From Octopus sinensis (Eukaryota), in contig NW_021834189.1 in assembly GCF_006345805.1 (NCBI RefSeq), forward strand, positions 1 to 47,527: DNA of 47,527 nt. The letters are read 5' to 3'. This document shows positions 26,050 to 37,789 of the stretch, piece after piece. The notes below the pieces were generated by a model. The model worked only from the letters and a program-made list of their open reading frames with translations. It was not told where the DNA came from and did not search any database. Position numbers and translations under genes: made by a program. The first letter of the stretch is position 1. Each line of letters opens with the position of its first letter.

Positions 26050-26918
26050 CATATGTAAAAAATGCCATAGAACTGCTATTATAAGAAGGTCAGGCTTGTG
26101 TAGGATGGAAGATTGCAAAGGTAAAGCTCTATACAAGAAATTAAAAACGAATGAAACTGAAAATAGGTGGGTAAAGAAAAGAATGCACGGACAATTTCAT
26201 AGGGATGTTGAAGATAAGACAGATAGAGAAAAAGATGGCTGTGGATGACTAAAAGTGATTTAAAAATGGAAATGGAGGCTCTAATCTGTGCTGCCCAAGA
26301 GCAAGCACTAAGAACAAACTACATAAAATACAGAATAGACAACACATCAGAAAGTGATAAGTGCAGAATCTGTGGAGAAAACGGTGAAACCGTATGGCTT
26401 ATTACCAGACAATGTATGCTACTAACCGAGAAAGAATATAAGAGATGCCACGAAAATATAGCCAGGTTTGTCCATTGGACACTTTGCAACAAGTATGGAC
26501 TTGGCAGAGCAAAAAATTGGTACAACCACAAACCTGAAAGCATTGTCAAAAATAGAAATGCAAAGACCCTATGGGATTTTATGATTCAGTGCGACCATGA
26601 GATAGAGAATAGGAAGCCAGAAATAGTCTTAATTGAGAAAGAAAACAAACTACGCTGGATCATAGATATAGCATGCCCAGCTGACAACAAGGTATGCAAT
26701 AAGGAAGAAAAAAAAGTCGAAAGATATGACAGGTTAGCTTGGGAAGTTAAGCAGTTGTGGTCAATGAAAAAGGTGGTAGTAGTACCAATAATTGTCAGAG
26801 CCCTGGGAACAGTGAGTAAAAATCTCGAGAAGTACATGGAACAAATAGGGGCTGCAATAAGGGTGGAGCACTTGCAGAAAACAGCACTGCTTGGAACCGC
26901 TGGAATATTCCAGAAGGT
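26050..26918 (+). pseudogene. 3' fragment of R4/Dong-like LINE (zinc knuckle plus restriction-like endonuclease)
   Basis: LICAAQEQALRT, CRICGENGET..ITRQC, EYKRCHENIA, LWDF.IQCDHEIENRKPEIV, IIDIACP and KKVERY; begins next to an (AAT)n tract, consistent with known Dong targeting of TAA repeats. Confidence 0.85.
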
Positions 26919-27125
26919 GCCAGTCAAGGCAGTGCTGGCATCGACCACGTTCGGATGGTGCTTTTTACATGCCACCAGCTTTGGGGCCAGTCAGGCAGCA
27001 CTGGCATCAGCCACGCTTGAATGGTGCCTTTTATGTACTACTGGCATGGGTACCAATCAGGTGGCTCTGACATCGGCCATGAATACAATTTCACTTGACT
27101 CAACAGGTCTTCTCAGCACAACATC

Positions 27126-27208
<83 letters not shown>

Positions 27209-27459
27209 AATAAACAAAAGTACAAGATAGTACCAACATTACTAGAAATAAGAGTAAAAAATGACTCAAAAAGCCAAAAAAGCACCATCTGGTACTATTT
27301 TGTACCTTTGTTTATTAATTTGCCTTTAGGTTTTAATTGCTAGGTCCATCTATATGATAATATATTTATATATTGTATTATTTTATTTATACCATATATA
27401 TATAGGGAGAGAGAGAGAGAGAAAGAGGGAGAGAGATACATACATGCATAAATATATAC

Positions 27460-27490
<31 letters not shown>

Positions 27491-27493
27491 TAT

Positions 27494-27526
<33 letters not shown>

Positions 27527-27724
27527 TATATATTATATATACGTGGAGGCGCAATGGCCCAGTGGTTAGGGCAGTGGACTCACGGTCAGAGGATCACAGT
27601 TTCGTTATGAGCGTTTTATGAGTGAAACACCCTAAAGCTCCACGAGGCTTCCGGCAGGGGGTGGTGGCGATCTCTGCTGTACTCTTTTGCCACAACTTTC
27701 TCTCTCTCTTTCTTCTGTTGGCCT

Positions 27725-28580
27725 GAAGTGTAAAGGGGAAGACAGGTGAGGTTTACCCGTGGAAAGAAAAGCCTACGGAAAAGACCACGGTAACTTCGGT
27801 CAATGAAGTCACATGTTATATATATTATATTTTTTTTTGCAAATAAGCAACTCTGTATTAATTTTTACGGTTCATATAAATCATAGTCAAGGTGGCTTCG
27901 TCATTCATACGTGCCATCCTTGCTACATTCACCCATCTTTTTTTTTAAAAACATTCACTGGACAAAACTTGCCTCTCTACTCTCACTTTCCTCTTCAAGT
28001 GATACTTGAAGAAGTTGAGAGATTGACCAGAGAGGAAAGTGTTTGTCTCTAATCCTTTCAGGCGCGTCCACCAGATACATTCTTTCGCCATAGCCACAAG
28101 TATGATAAAAATAGCTCTTCCTTCCCGTTTGAAGGAAGGAGGCGTGACGATATTAACGATAGACTCGGCTGATAAACCGACACGTCCCACACGTGACAGC
28201 AGCCGTTCGACATAAGCCCACAGGTCGGAGATTGTTGGACACTGCACGATTGCGTGCAGAGCGGTTTCGTCGCTCTGCCCGCATCTCGGGCAGGTCGGCC
28301 CCGTGTTTCTCGAGCCATGCCTATAGAGCTTATCCCGAACGGGTAGCGCTTCTCGGTAGCACCGCCAGGCCAGGGATCTCTGGAAGTTGTCCATAGGTCG
28401 CGGCCCGAAAGTCGTTTCAAACAGGCGGGGTCAGGTATTCCTCGTCGACGCCCAGGTTTGCCCCAAGATCGTCGTCGTACCTCCCCTCCACTAATCCCCT
28501 ATAGAATACTTTGGTTGTATTGAAGTCACTCAAGGTCGACCGGGGACGGCAGAGTTGCTTGAGAGCAACGCGACACTCGC
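27725..28580 (-). pseudogene. 3' end of L1/Tx1-like LINE ORF2 (zf-RVT)
   Basis: FQRSLAWRCYREALPVRDKL...CPRCGQSDETALHAIVQC (CCHC knuckle) and IWWTR. Confidence 0.85.
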
Positions 28581-28585
28581 GGTAG

Positions 28586-28664
<79 letters not shown>

Positions 28665-28803
28665 CAACTTTCTGTATATTTTTCGCTTAATTATTATCGC
28701 CGAAAGATGTAAACGTTGGTGGGAAAAGCCAATGCGTAACGATGCCTTCTGTTGCAAACAAGCTCTTATACTCTGTGTCAGAAGTGCAACGACTCATCGT
28801 AAC

Positions 28804-28860
28804 CAGCGCTATTGTTCACCAACAGCGGTATTGTTCGCTAACAACGCTATTGTTCACCAT
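28804..28860 (+). repeat. 3 x 19-bp minisatellite
   Basis: CAGCGCTATTGTTCACCAA / CAGCGGTATTGTTCGCTAA / CAACGCTATTGTTCACCAT. Confidence 0.85.
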
Positions 28861-29607
28861 TTGCTACATAAAAATAAATAAATAAATAAATGAATAACTA
28901 AAACAGTAACTAACGTGTGTTTGGTGTATGTGAGCTATTAAGAAGCAGGTCACATTTACGATCTCACACTTAACAAATAGTACGAGCGAGATGGGAGGTT
29001 GAATGTGGGATGAAGGTAGGTCGATGAAGGTAGCAGCCAGCAATCGGCGTTGACGCGTGCTGGCAAGTGACTCCCCGGCACTCGCCATACGTCACTCCCG
29101 TTTGTAGCACGCATTGGTGGACGGTCTTATGTAAGTGGGGCACCTTTGATCAACAGTTTGACATATTTGCCAAAGTTAACAGCTGTTTACATACGACTTT
29201 CGAGAGTTGCTTTTTGTTTTGGCAGCATTCAGCTGTTGGTTTCGCCCTGGGTCAGCCTGATCTGGTTGATTTATGAATAGGAACGATGCAGCGATGATCT
29301 TTCTCCTGTTCGAACCACGTTAGAAGCAATGTTTGTCAACAGTTTATGTATGTATGTATGTATGTATGTATGTATGTATGCATGCATGCGTGTATGTATG
29401 TATGTATGTATGCATGTATGTATGTGTGTATGTATGCATGTATGTACGTATGTATGTACGTATGTAGGTATGTGCGTATGTATGTATGTGTATGTATGTG
29501 TGTATTGTGGTCTTGTGCTAAAGAAAAAAATATCATTTATAACTTTACTTCTAGTTCTACGTTTGAAAACGAATTATTCCACGTTCTCTCGAAGTTTCTA
29601 AATTCTT

Positions 29608-29662
<55 letters not shown>

Positions 29663-29686
29663 AGGAAAGAAGAAAGGAAGGAAGGA

Positions 29687-29720
<34 letters not shown>

Positions 29721-30146
29721 GAAGAAAGAGAAAGAGAGGAAGAAAGAGAAAGAGAGAAAGAAAGAAAGAAAGAAAGAAAGAACGAAAGAGAGAGAGAAAG
29801 AAAGGAAAGAAAGAAAGAAAGAAAGAAAGGAAGGAAGGAAAGAAAGAAAGAAAGAAAGAAAGAGAGGGGGAAACGAAAGAAAGAGAAGGAAAGAGAGAGA
29901 GAGAAAGAGAGGGGGAAAGAAAGAAAAGAAAGGAAAGAAAGAAAAGAAAGAGAAGGAAAGAGAGAGAGAAAGAGAGTGGGAAAGAAAGAAAAAAGAAAGG
30001 GAGGGAGAGAGAGAAAGAAGGGGAGACAAAGAAAGAGAGAGATAGAGAGAGAAAAGAAATAAAAAAGAAAGAAAGAAAAGAAAGAGAAACAAAGAAGAAG
30101 AAAGAAGAAAGAAAGAAAGAAAAAAGAAAGAAAGAAAGAGAAAGCG

Positions 30147-30187
<41 letters not shown>

Positions 30188-30393
30188 AAGAAAGAAAGAA
30201 GAAAAAAGAAAGAACGAAAGAAAGAGAAGGAAAGAGAGAGAGGAAAGAGTGGAGAAAGAAAGAAGAAAGAAAGAAAGAAGAAAGAAGGGAGAGAAAGAAG
30301 AAAAAGAAAGTGAAGGAAAGAGAGAGAGAAAGAGAGTGGGAAAGAAAGAAAAAAGAAAGGGAGGGAGGGAGAGAAAGAAAGGGAGAGAAAGAG

Positions 30394-30460
<67 letters not shown>

Positions 30461-30475
30461 AGAAAGAAAGAAGAT
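29608..30475 (+). repeat. Polypurine (GAAA/GA)n tract of about 870 bp
   Basis: Almost purely A/G on the + strand; accounts for the F/L/S and K/E/R ORFs. Confidence 0.95.
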
Positions 30476-30479
30476 ATGG

Positions 30480-30800
30480 TCTAACAGCCATGGACATCTT
30501 TATAAAATCAAAAAACATCATGGACGCCCATAACTTTGGGAAACATTGTTTCACGCTCAGAATTGCTGAAGCATGGAATAAGTTGTTAGCTATTTGGGGA
30601 CACTGCATCCTTCAAAACTTCCCTGCTTCCCCAAATTCGCCAACAGCACACCTGATGACCCCCACTCCATCCTTTTTTTAGCGATTCGTGCTGTTTACTT
30701 CCAACGTGTACCTATGTACCCTACACGCACCTTTTTGCTACCTTTTCCGACGAGTTGTATATTGCACCTGAGCACTGTATACAATAAATTCGTTACATTA
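30480..30800 (+). pseudogene. CR1/L2-like LINE 3' fragment
   Basis: HGHLYKIKK and KHCFTLRIAEAWNKL match the CR1/L2 ORF2 C-terminal pattern (GH..K / FF..R....WN.L). Confidence 0.7.
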
Positions 30801-30889
30801 TTTTTTACATTTTTACCTTCTCACTTGTTTTACCTGGCAGAAAAACGTGCGTCGATCAAAATGCTTAGCGGCATCTCTTGTGTCTTTGC

Positions 30890-30932
<43 letters not shown>

Positions 30933-31072
30933 GTACAGAGTTCAACTTTCACCGAAAATAAAATTTGTCTTCCATCTTTCCAGGATTCGATAAAATTGAC
31001 AGGTAACGCTAGAACCGTAGTTAAATTCTCGGTTCGATAATGATACGACTGAGGAGTCTAACGCGGGTCATA

Positions 31073-31568
31073 TCTCTATTTATAAAACTGAAATGCGTTT
31101 TTACCGCTTGGATCGCTTTCAATGCCACTACATCCCGTCCGATTCGCTCCAAAATTTACTGGGACATGTAGAATGAGGTGACGATGCTCGTGGGCTACCT
31201 TAGAAATCTCTATCTTAAAAGGTGTGGTTGCTAGGGGCCATCTTCCTCACTCACGCTATTTCCTCCATTCCCCCCTAACTCCCCTTCATTTATAACTTTG
31301 ATAAGTCCACTCCCGTTATTTAACGTATCTGTCTTCCTCAACTCACTCTCGCTATTTCCTCTCTTCCCAGAACATTTTCACTCACTCTATCTCTTAGCTT
31401 CCCATAACTTTCACTTATGTATCTGTCTGAATTCATACAGAGAAACAAATATTCCATCGCCATCGCATTCTATTGTCTACCTGTCAACGCGCCGATCGAC
31501 CAAATACAAAGACAAGGTTACCTGCTTACCAGTCGAATTCAGCGTCAACGCTCACGTATGAGAGAGAG

Positions 31569-31599
<31 letters not shown>

Positions 31600-31794
31600 A
31601 CACACACACACACAAACACACACATATATACATATATATAAATTTTATATTTTATATATTTTCTATATTATATTTTTATTTTTATGTTTTTGTTTTTCGT
31701 TTTTTACTGTTTCATTTGCCTATTAGTGGTTTTATCTCTAATTTAATTTATACATATATATATAATTTGTATATATAATGCGTGCACACACACA

Positions 31795-31840
<46 letters not shown>

Positions 31841-34677
31841 GTGTGCATTATGTGGTCGGTCGGTTCAGCTGAAAATATGCACACCTATGTTAAAAGTGCT
31901 GGCAAGTTTGCATGACAACTATTTTTTTCCTCAAATTAAAGGCGTGACCTCTACGACAAAATTCCTCAACTTATAAAATGTGACTCCAGTAGACCCGAAT
32001 GAAATCGGGTTATATTAATCAAAATGTGAAAAGGGGTCTAGAATTATCATTGCCACAACTTATGTATATGTCTTCCTCACTCACTCACTCTTTTTCCTAA
32101 TGATAATTAGCATCGCCACCACCACCACCACCAACACACAATCATGACAATCTTTCTCTTAAAACAAATCATGTTTACATTGCAAAAACGGAAACAATTA
32201 CGCGAGATGAACCAAGATTTTTGCCTGAACAAAGAGAGATTTATAATGAAATTATTGACAGTGTTAGATTGAACCAAGGAAAGCTTTTCTTTTTGAATGC
32301 TCCAGGTGGTACTGGTAAAACTTTCGTTATCAATTTGATTCTCGCAAAGCTGCGCGCTGAACGTCGAATTGCCATTGCATGTGCCTCAAGTGGTATTGCT
32401 TCAAGGCGGCCGTACGGCACATAGTGCATTCAAATTGCCCATGGACATTGGAAAAAAAGATAATCCTATATGTAATATAGATCGTAGTTCCTCAAGAGCA
32501 AGACTTCTTCGTGAATGCAGTCTTTTTATTTGGGATGAGGCTACAATGAGTAATAAGGCCATGTTTGAGGCTCTTGACAGAACTCTCCAAGATTTGCGTC
32601 ACAATACAAAAATAATGGGTGGAGCTACGTTTCTCATGGCAGGAGATTTTCGACAAACTCTTCCTGTTGTCCGAGCAGGCACTAGAGCCGATGAGGTTAA
32701 TGCATGTATAAAGCATTCTTATGTATGGCACAGTGTTATCAGTCGCCATCTTCAAACAAACATGAGAGTCCACCTACATGGTGATGTGGAGTCTGAGGCT
32801 TTCGCAAAACACCTATTAGATCTTGGTGATGGAGTTTTGCCTTTCGTTGATGATGAGCATATTCGGTTGCCTTTTGGGAATTTCGTTCCAAATGTAGAAG
32901 AACTTATAAGAGCCGTTTTACCTGACGTCGAAACCAACTTCCAGGATCTCGATTGGCTAAGAGCAAGAGCTATTCTATCGCCTCATAATACAACAGCTGA
33001 TGCTACAAATAAACAAGTGCTTGATATGATTCCTGATGAGATAGTTTCTTTCATGTCCATCGATACAAATAAAGATGAGAATGATGCAGTCAAATATCCA
33101 CCCGAGCTACTCAACAAGCTAACACCTCCGAGACTTCCACCTCATCATTTGTGTTTGAAAGTTGGTGCTCCAATCATGGTGCTCAGAAATATGGAAACGC
33201 CTGAAATATGCAATGGAACCCAAATGGTTATAAGGAGGATTCAAAGCCATGTTATAACTGCTGAAATTTTGAGTGGACCATTTGTAGGAACAATGAAGAT
33301 GATACATAAAATGAGTATTTCACCCTCTGATGTTCCCATTCAGTTTAAACGCTTTCAATTTCCGATAAAACTATGCTTCGCGATGACAATCAACAAGTCA
33401 CAGGGACAGTCACTGGACATTGTAGGCATTAACCTGTCACAACCGGTTTTCAGTCATGGTCAATTGTACGTAGCCTGTTCTCGAGTTGGAAATCCACATA
33501 AACTCTTCATTCTTGGCAATCATGAGCGCACAAGGAATGTGGTTTATCAGGAGGCTCTGACAAAAGAAAACTGATTGTAAGTCATGAAATTTTGCTTGAT
33601 TTTTTATTTTGCACCTCTTCATTATCTCTTCATTCTTGAAAATAAAGACATTCAAAAGAACATGGTTCATAAAGAACATTGGGTTCAGATGTTTGCAAAC
33701 ATTTGATCCTACTCGTTCTCTTTATTCCTCATTTTCCGATTCCTTCTACGTCTCCATTAAACGGTTTTGTCAAGTTATTGTTTCTTCGCTAACATAAAGT
33801 GAATGAGTTGTTAATTACATTTTATACACTATTCCATTGTTTAGGTGGTGTCGAAAGAACTGGCATGTGTCACCATATTAACTCTCTCAGTCAAACTCCC
33901 ACTCATGAGTTCACGTCGTGATACTCTTTCTACAAAACTGAGCTGGGTATGAATTCTAATTTCATACACTATTACAGATGTGAGTTTAAATTCTGCCTTT
34001 TTTGGTTTAAACTATCTTCCTGAAGGTTAAAAAAATTCTTTTTTTTAGAGTCCTCTACAATATTCGCCACCGAAATTCCATTTTTCACTTTTATGATTAT
34101 ACCCAGAGTGCTCTAATCGAATATGAACTGTCTTCCCATTGGCGGACGTTTGTCTTTTTTTATTTTTGAAACAAACACATTGCCTATTTCGTTTTAAAAC
34201 AATACTACTTTAATACATTGGTCCAACAAACAAAACATCACCCACTCTCATTCTTTTATGAATCTGTCTTCCTCCATCACTCACTCTCTTTTCTCCCTTC
34301 CTTTCAATTTCTATCTATAACGTCGTTTCACAGCGTCTACCTCACTTACATTCACTTTATAACGTCGTTTCACAGCGTCCGTTATCCCCCCTCCCTGCCT
34401 TCCACAGCGCTTTCACACACTCTCACTCTCTATGTCTGTCTGCATTCATAGAGAGAATTATCATCGCCACGACCAACACACAATCATGACAACAAATATT
34501 ATGAATCAGATATTTATTGGGTTAATTTATATATGTGTGTGTATCTATATATAATAATGTATATATACAAAGTGTATATATCTGTATGTATATATATATA
34601 TATAATTTGTATACATTTATATATATATATATATACCACACTCTTACCCGCGCGTGGAGCGGGTCACCTTCAGCTAG
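31073..34677 (+). mobile_element. Internally deleted Helitron carrying the helicase domain
   Basis: Probable 5' end A|TCTCTATTTATAAAACTG; 3' hairpin ACCCGC-GCGTGGA-GCGGGT (34646-34664) then CTAG|T at 34674-34678; PIF1 helicase inside. The 5' boundary is less certain. Confidence 0.7.
32221..33574 (+). pseudogene. Helitron PIF1-family SF1 helicase, frameshifted near 32400, Rep half absent
   Basis: APGGTGKT (Walker A), ASSGIA then frameshift to GGRTAHS, WDEATM, GDFRQTLPV, NMR, LKVGAPIMVLRN, RFQFP..FAMTINKSQGQS, HGQLYVACSRV and TRNVVY. Confidence 0.92.
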
Positions 34678-34790
34678 TATATATATAAAACTGAGAATGT
34701 GTGTCTATCTGTCTGTGTGTTTCCCTAAAACTTGAGAACTACACAACCAATTTCATTCAAATTTTACACATGCCTTACTCAGGGTCCAGG
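34678..34790 (+). mobile_element. 5' fragment of a second Helitron-like element abutting the CTAG end
   Basis: TATATATAAAACTGAGAATGTGTGTCTATCTGTCTG... resembles the 5' ends at 31073 and of the 24.4-25.1 kb units. Confidence 0.55.
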
Positions 34791-35149
34791 GAGAGTGTTG
34801 GGCTCGCTCTGGGCGCCATTGGGCTCACTGTCCGGGGCAACGACACAACAGTGAGCGCTATGGCGACCAGGGCTCGGCTCGGCTCGGCTCGGCTCGGCTC
34901 GGATGAAAGGCAAAGTCGACCTCAGCGGAATTTGAACTCAGAACGTAGCGGCGGACGAGCTACCACTAAGCATTTCGCCCGGCGTGCTAACGATTCTGCC
35001 AGCTCGTCATTTAGTCTCTTTCGCAGACACACACTTTATCCAGTGTCGTTTCCCTTGATGGGACCATTCCTGCATCTCCATTTTAGGAATAACAAGCGGC
35101 TGCCTCGTCGCATTTCCTTGGATTTCATCGACGTCTTGAAATCCTGTTC

Positions 35150-35287
35150 CGTTCAAGCCACAGTCGAACCACTTCTACTATATGGCTCAGAAACCTGGAC
35201 GTTATCGAAGAAGCTTGAGAGGCGGTTGGATGGAACCTACACTCGCCTCCTTATGAGAGCTCAAAATCTCTCGTGGAAGCGTCATCC
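35150..35287 (+). pseudogene. RTE-like LINE fragment
   Basis: QATVEPLLLYGSETWTLSKKLERRLDGTYTRLLMRAQNLSWKRHP. Confidence 0.8.
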
Positions 35288-35451
35288 AAGCAATGGAAAA
35301 TAATTTAAACAATTAACATACAAAATAATTCTATAATTTTTATACACACGCTTTCCGTACGTATACGGAAAGCGTGTGTTACGGAAAGCGTGTGTATAAA
35401 AATTATAGAATTATTTTGTATGTTAATTGTTTAAATTATTTTCCATTGCTT
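35288..35451. repeat. Perfect fold-back palindrome with 72-bp arms
   Basis: 35288-35359 is the exact reverse complement of 35380-35451; the 20-nt spacer contains an extra copy of TACGGAAAGCGTGTGT. Confidence 0.95.
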
Positions 35452-35760
35452 TAGTTTTTTTACACGCGTAACAATTAAATTAATTTAACAATTAAGAAAA
35501 AAAAATTAGGGTTAAGGTGAGGGTTAGGGTTAGTGACAGGATGTTGTCTCAGTTTTAGACGCAGCAAATGATTTTAGCTCAAAAGAGAGCATAGGATTGG
35601 TTAAAATTAAACTACGTTAAACAAACGAATTACAAATTTATCAAGAAAGCCAAGTGAAAATAATGTTTTCTTTTGACAAATTCTACCAGTATACGAAGTT
35701 TTAAAGTGTTTAGTTAACTAGAAATTGTGTTGAAATCTGGCCTTCAAAAGGAAAAGATCC
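35452..35760 (+). mobile_element. Orphan right end (TIR) of a Merlin-family element
   Basis: About 35560-35760 is a diverged reverse complement of 38192-38400 and ends ...GGCCTTCAAAAGGAAAAGATCC; short TTAGGG-like run at about 35506-35534. Confidence 0.75.
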
Positions 35761-36548
35761 TCAGAATGTACAAAAATGGCAAACAATACTGGGAAGAAGG
35801 AAAAATTGTAACATACATAGGAAGAATGATGTATGGGGTGAAAAGCAGAAATGGAATGGAAAGGGGACATAGAAGTCAGCTTAAGGAAAGAATCATAGAA
35901 AAGGAACCAACAAGAGTAGAAAAACTGATGGATTGGCTTTATGACACTATTCAGGTTCCAACAAGAAGTCGAAACCACACGAACAAGAAAAAGAAAGAAC
36001 ATTGAATTCTTAAAAGTAGACCCTAAGAAGAAAATATATTGAGTGTATAAAAAAAAAGAGGAGGTGGAATGAATAAAAGAAATTGATTGTTAAATAAAAT
36101 GATTAAAATGGGAGATGTATAGTGAAACTGTTTACCCCTCCTTGTAAAAAGTGGTAGGAATCAGCCATTATAAATAGACCAGTAACTAGTTGTCACGAGA
36201 GGGTCGAGAGTCAAAGAGTTGAGGGTCGATAGTTCTAGTCGGTGTCTTGTGGAGCAATCAGCGATAGTAAGACAGTGTATAAAAAAAAAGAGGAGGTGGA
36301 ATGAATAAAAGAAATTGATTGTTAAATAAAATGATTAAAATGGGAGATGTATAGTGAAACTGTTTACCCCTCCTTGTAAAAAGTGGTAGGAATCAGCCAT
36401 TATAAATAGACCAGTAACTAGTTGTCACGAGAGGGTCGAGAGTCAAAGAGTTGAGGGTCGATAGTTCTAGTCGGTGTCTTGTGGAGCAATCAGCGATAGT
36501 AAGACAGAGGAAGTTCCTGTATTACTATTCCAGTACAAACAGATACAA
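35761..36548 (+). mobile_element. Gypsy-like LTR retrotransposon 3' end: integrase C-terminus, PPT and LTR with a 232-bp tandem duplication
   Basis: WEEGKIVTYIGRMMYGV...HRSQLKER resembles a Gypsy integrase tail; AAAATGGGAGA|TGTA at 36116; TATAAATA at 36169; 36042-36275 is repeated at 36274-36507. Confidence 0.65.
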
Positions 36549-36889
36549 CGGTATCCGATGACTAGTTACTATTGTGGCTACTAGTGTAAAACAGTAACTA
36601 CCATACAATGGCAGTCACACATCACACTGGTGGGAGAAACCCACTTTACAACAGTATGTATGTATGTATGTATGTATGTATGTATGTATGTATGTATGTA
36701 TGTATGTATGTATGTATGTATGTATGTATGTATGTATGCATGTATGTGTGTGTGTATGTATGTATGTATGTATGTATGTATGTATGTATGTATGTATGTA
36801 TGTATGCATGTATGTGTGTGTGTATGTATGTATGTATGTATGTATGTATGTATATATGTATGTATGTATATATGTATGCGTGTATATGT

Positions 36890-37537
36890 CAGGTCACTTT
36901 CGAGTGCTACTGGTAACATGTAACCCAGTACAACCTGTTGCATGGTCGGGCCGTCGGCGACTAAACCGGCAACCCCACCAAGCTTGCTTGGTGAGGAGGG
37001 TGTTTACTGGACACCCTACGGGATGAAAAACAAAACCTGTCAAAGGGCGGAGGAACTCTTGAGAGTCAACGGCCATCCAATAAATGTCTCAGGGCTGTAT
37101 CATGCGCGGGGACATAGAAATAATTGGACTGAATACTCGATCGCGTGGTTAAACCATTGGGAGTGAAGGACTCCTAGCCTTTGTTAGGGCATCCTTCTAG
37201 GAGAAGGTAACTCAGGTAACTGGGATAACTCCAAAATAAAACCTGCGGCTCAGTGGTTACCGATGATGTTGACTTGTTCTTCTTTTCGGATTATGGTTGC
37301 TGTTGCTTAGTGAATGGGATTGACTCAGTGCACAGCCTTTCCTCACTTTAAAAAAAATCTTCTTGCACAGGCATGGCACGATAACAACATTGTTCATGAT
37401 TGTTGATGGTGCTGTGAGTCTCAACTGAATGGCGGGCTGTAGCCTTAAAAAGCAAATAAAAGTCACATTCGATCACAGCACCAATAACAGTTAAGCTTCG
37501 TGCAATGGCCATACTCGATAACGAGGGGGCAGCCATT
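36890..37537 (+). mobile_element. Non-coding retroposon-like insert flanked by (TATG)n
   Basis: GC-richer block of about 650 bp between TATG tracts; GGCATCCTTCTAGGAGAAGGTAACTC resembles RTE 5'UTR motifs. Confidence 0.45.
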
Positions 37538-37789
37538 ATGTATGTATGTATGGTGTGATGATAGAGAAGTTAGGCAAATAGTAACTGTCTTTCACATAAC
37601 TAACGCGAGAAGTTTTTCGTTGCATCATAATTTCTCCATATAATAGATTATTGTCTTTAATCTTGTTCCAAAGTTTGTCAACCGAATGACTAGCGAATAA
37701 TATAAACTCTTGCATGTCTAATAGATTATGTCTTGGATTTCGTTCTATAGTTCTCTAGTTTCTATAATGTTTGTTTAAATGCGTTAAAT

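Noticed and set aside
32369-33574. Host PIF1 DNA-repair helicase gene
   Set aside because: It is intronless and frameshifted, carries Helitron-type motifs, and lies upstream of a Helitron hairpin-CTAG terminus.
36890-37010. HDV-like ribozyme at the 5' end of the RTE-like insert
   Set aside because: Local hairpins exist but I could not build the nested P1/P2/P3/P1.1 pseudoknot by eye; it needs a descriptor search.
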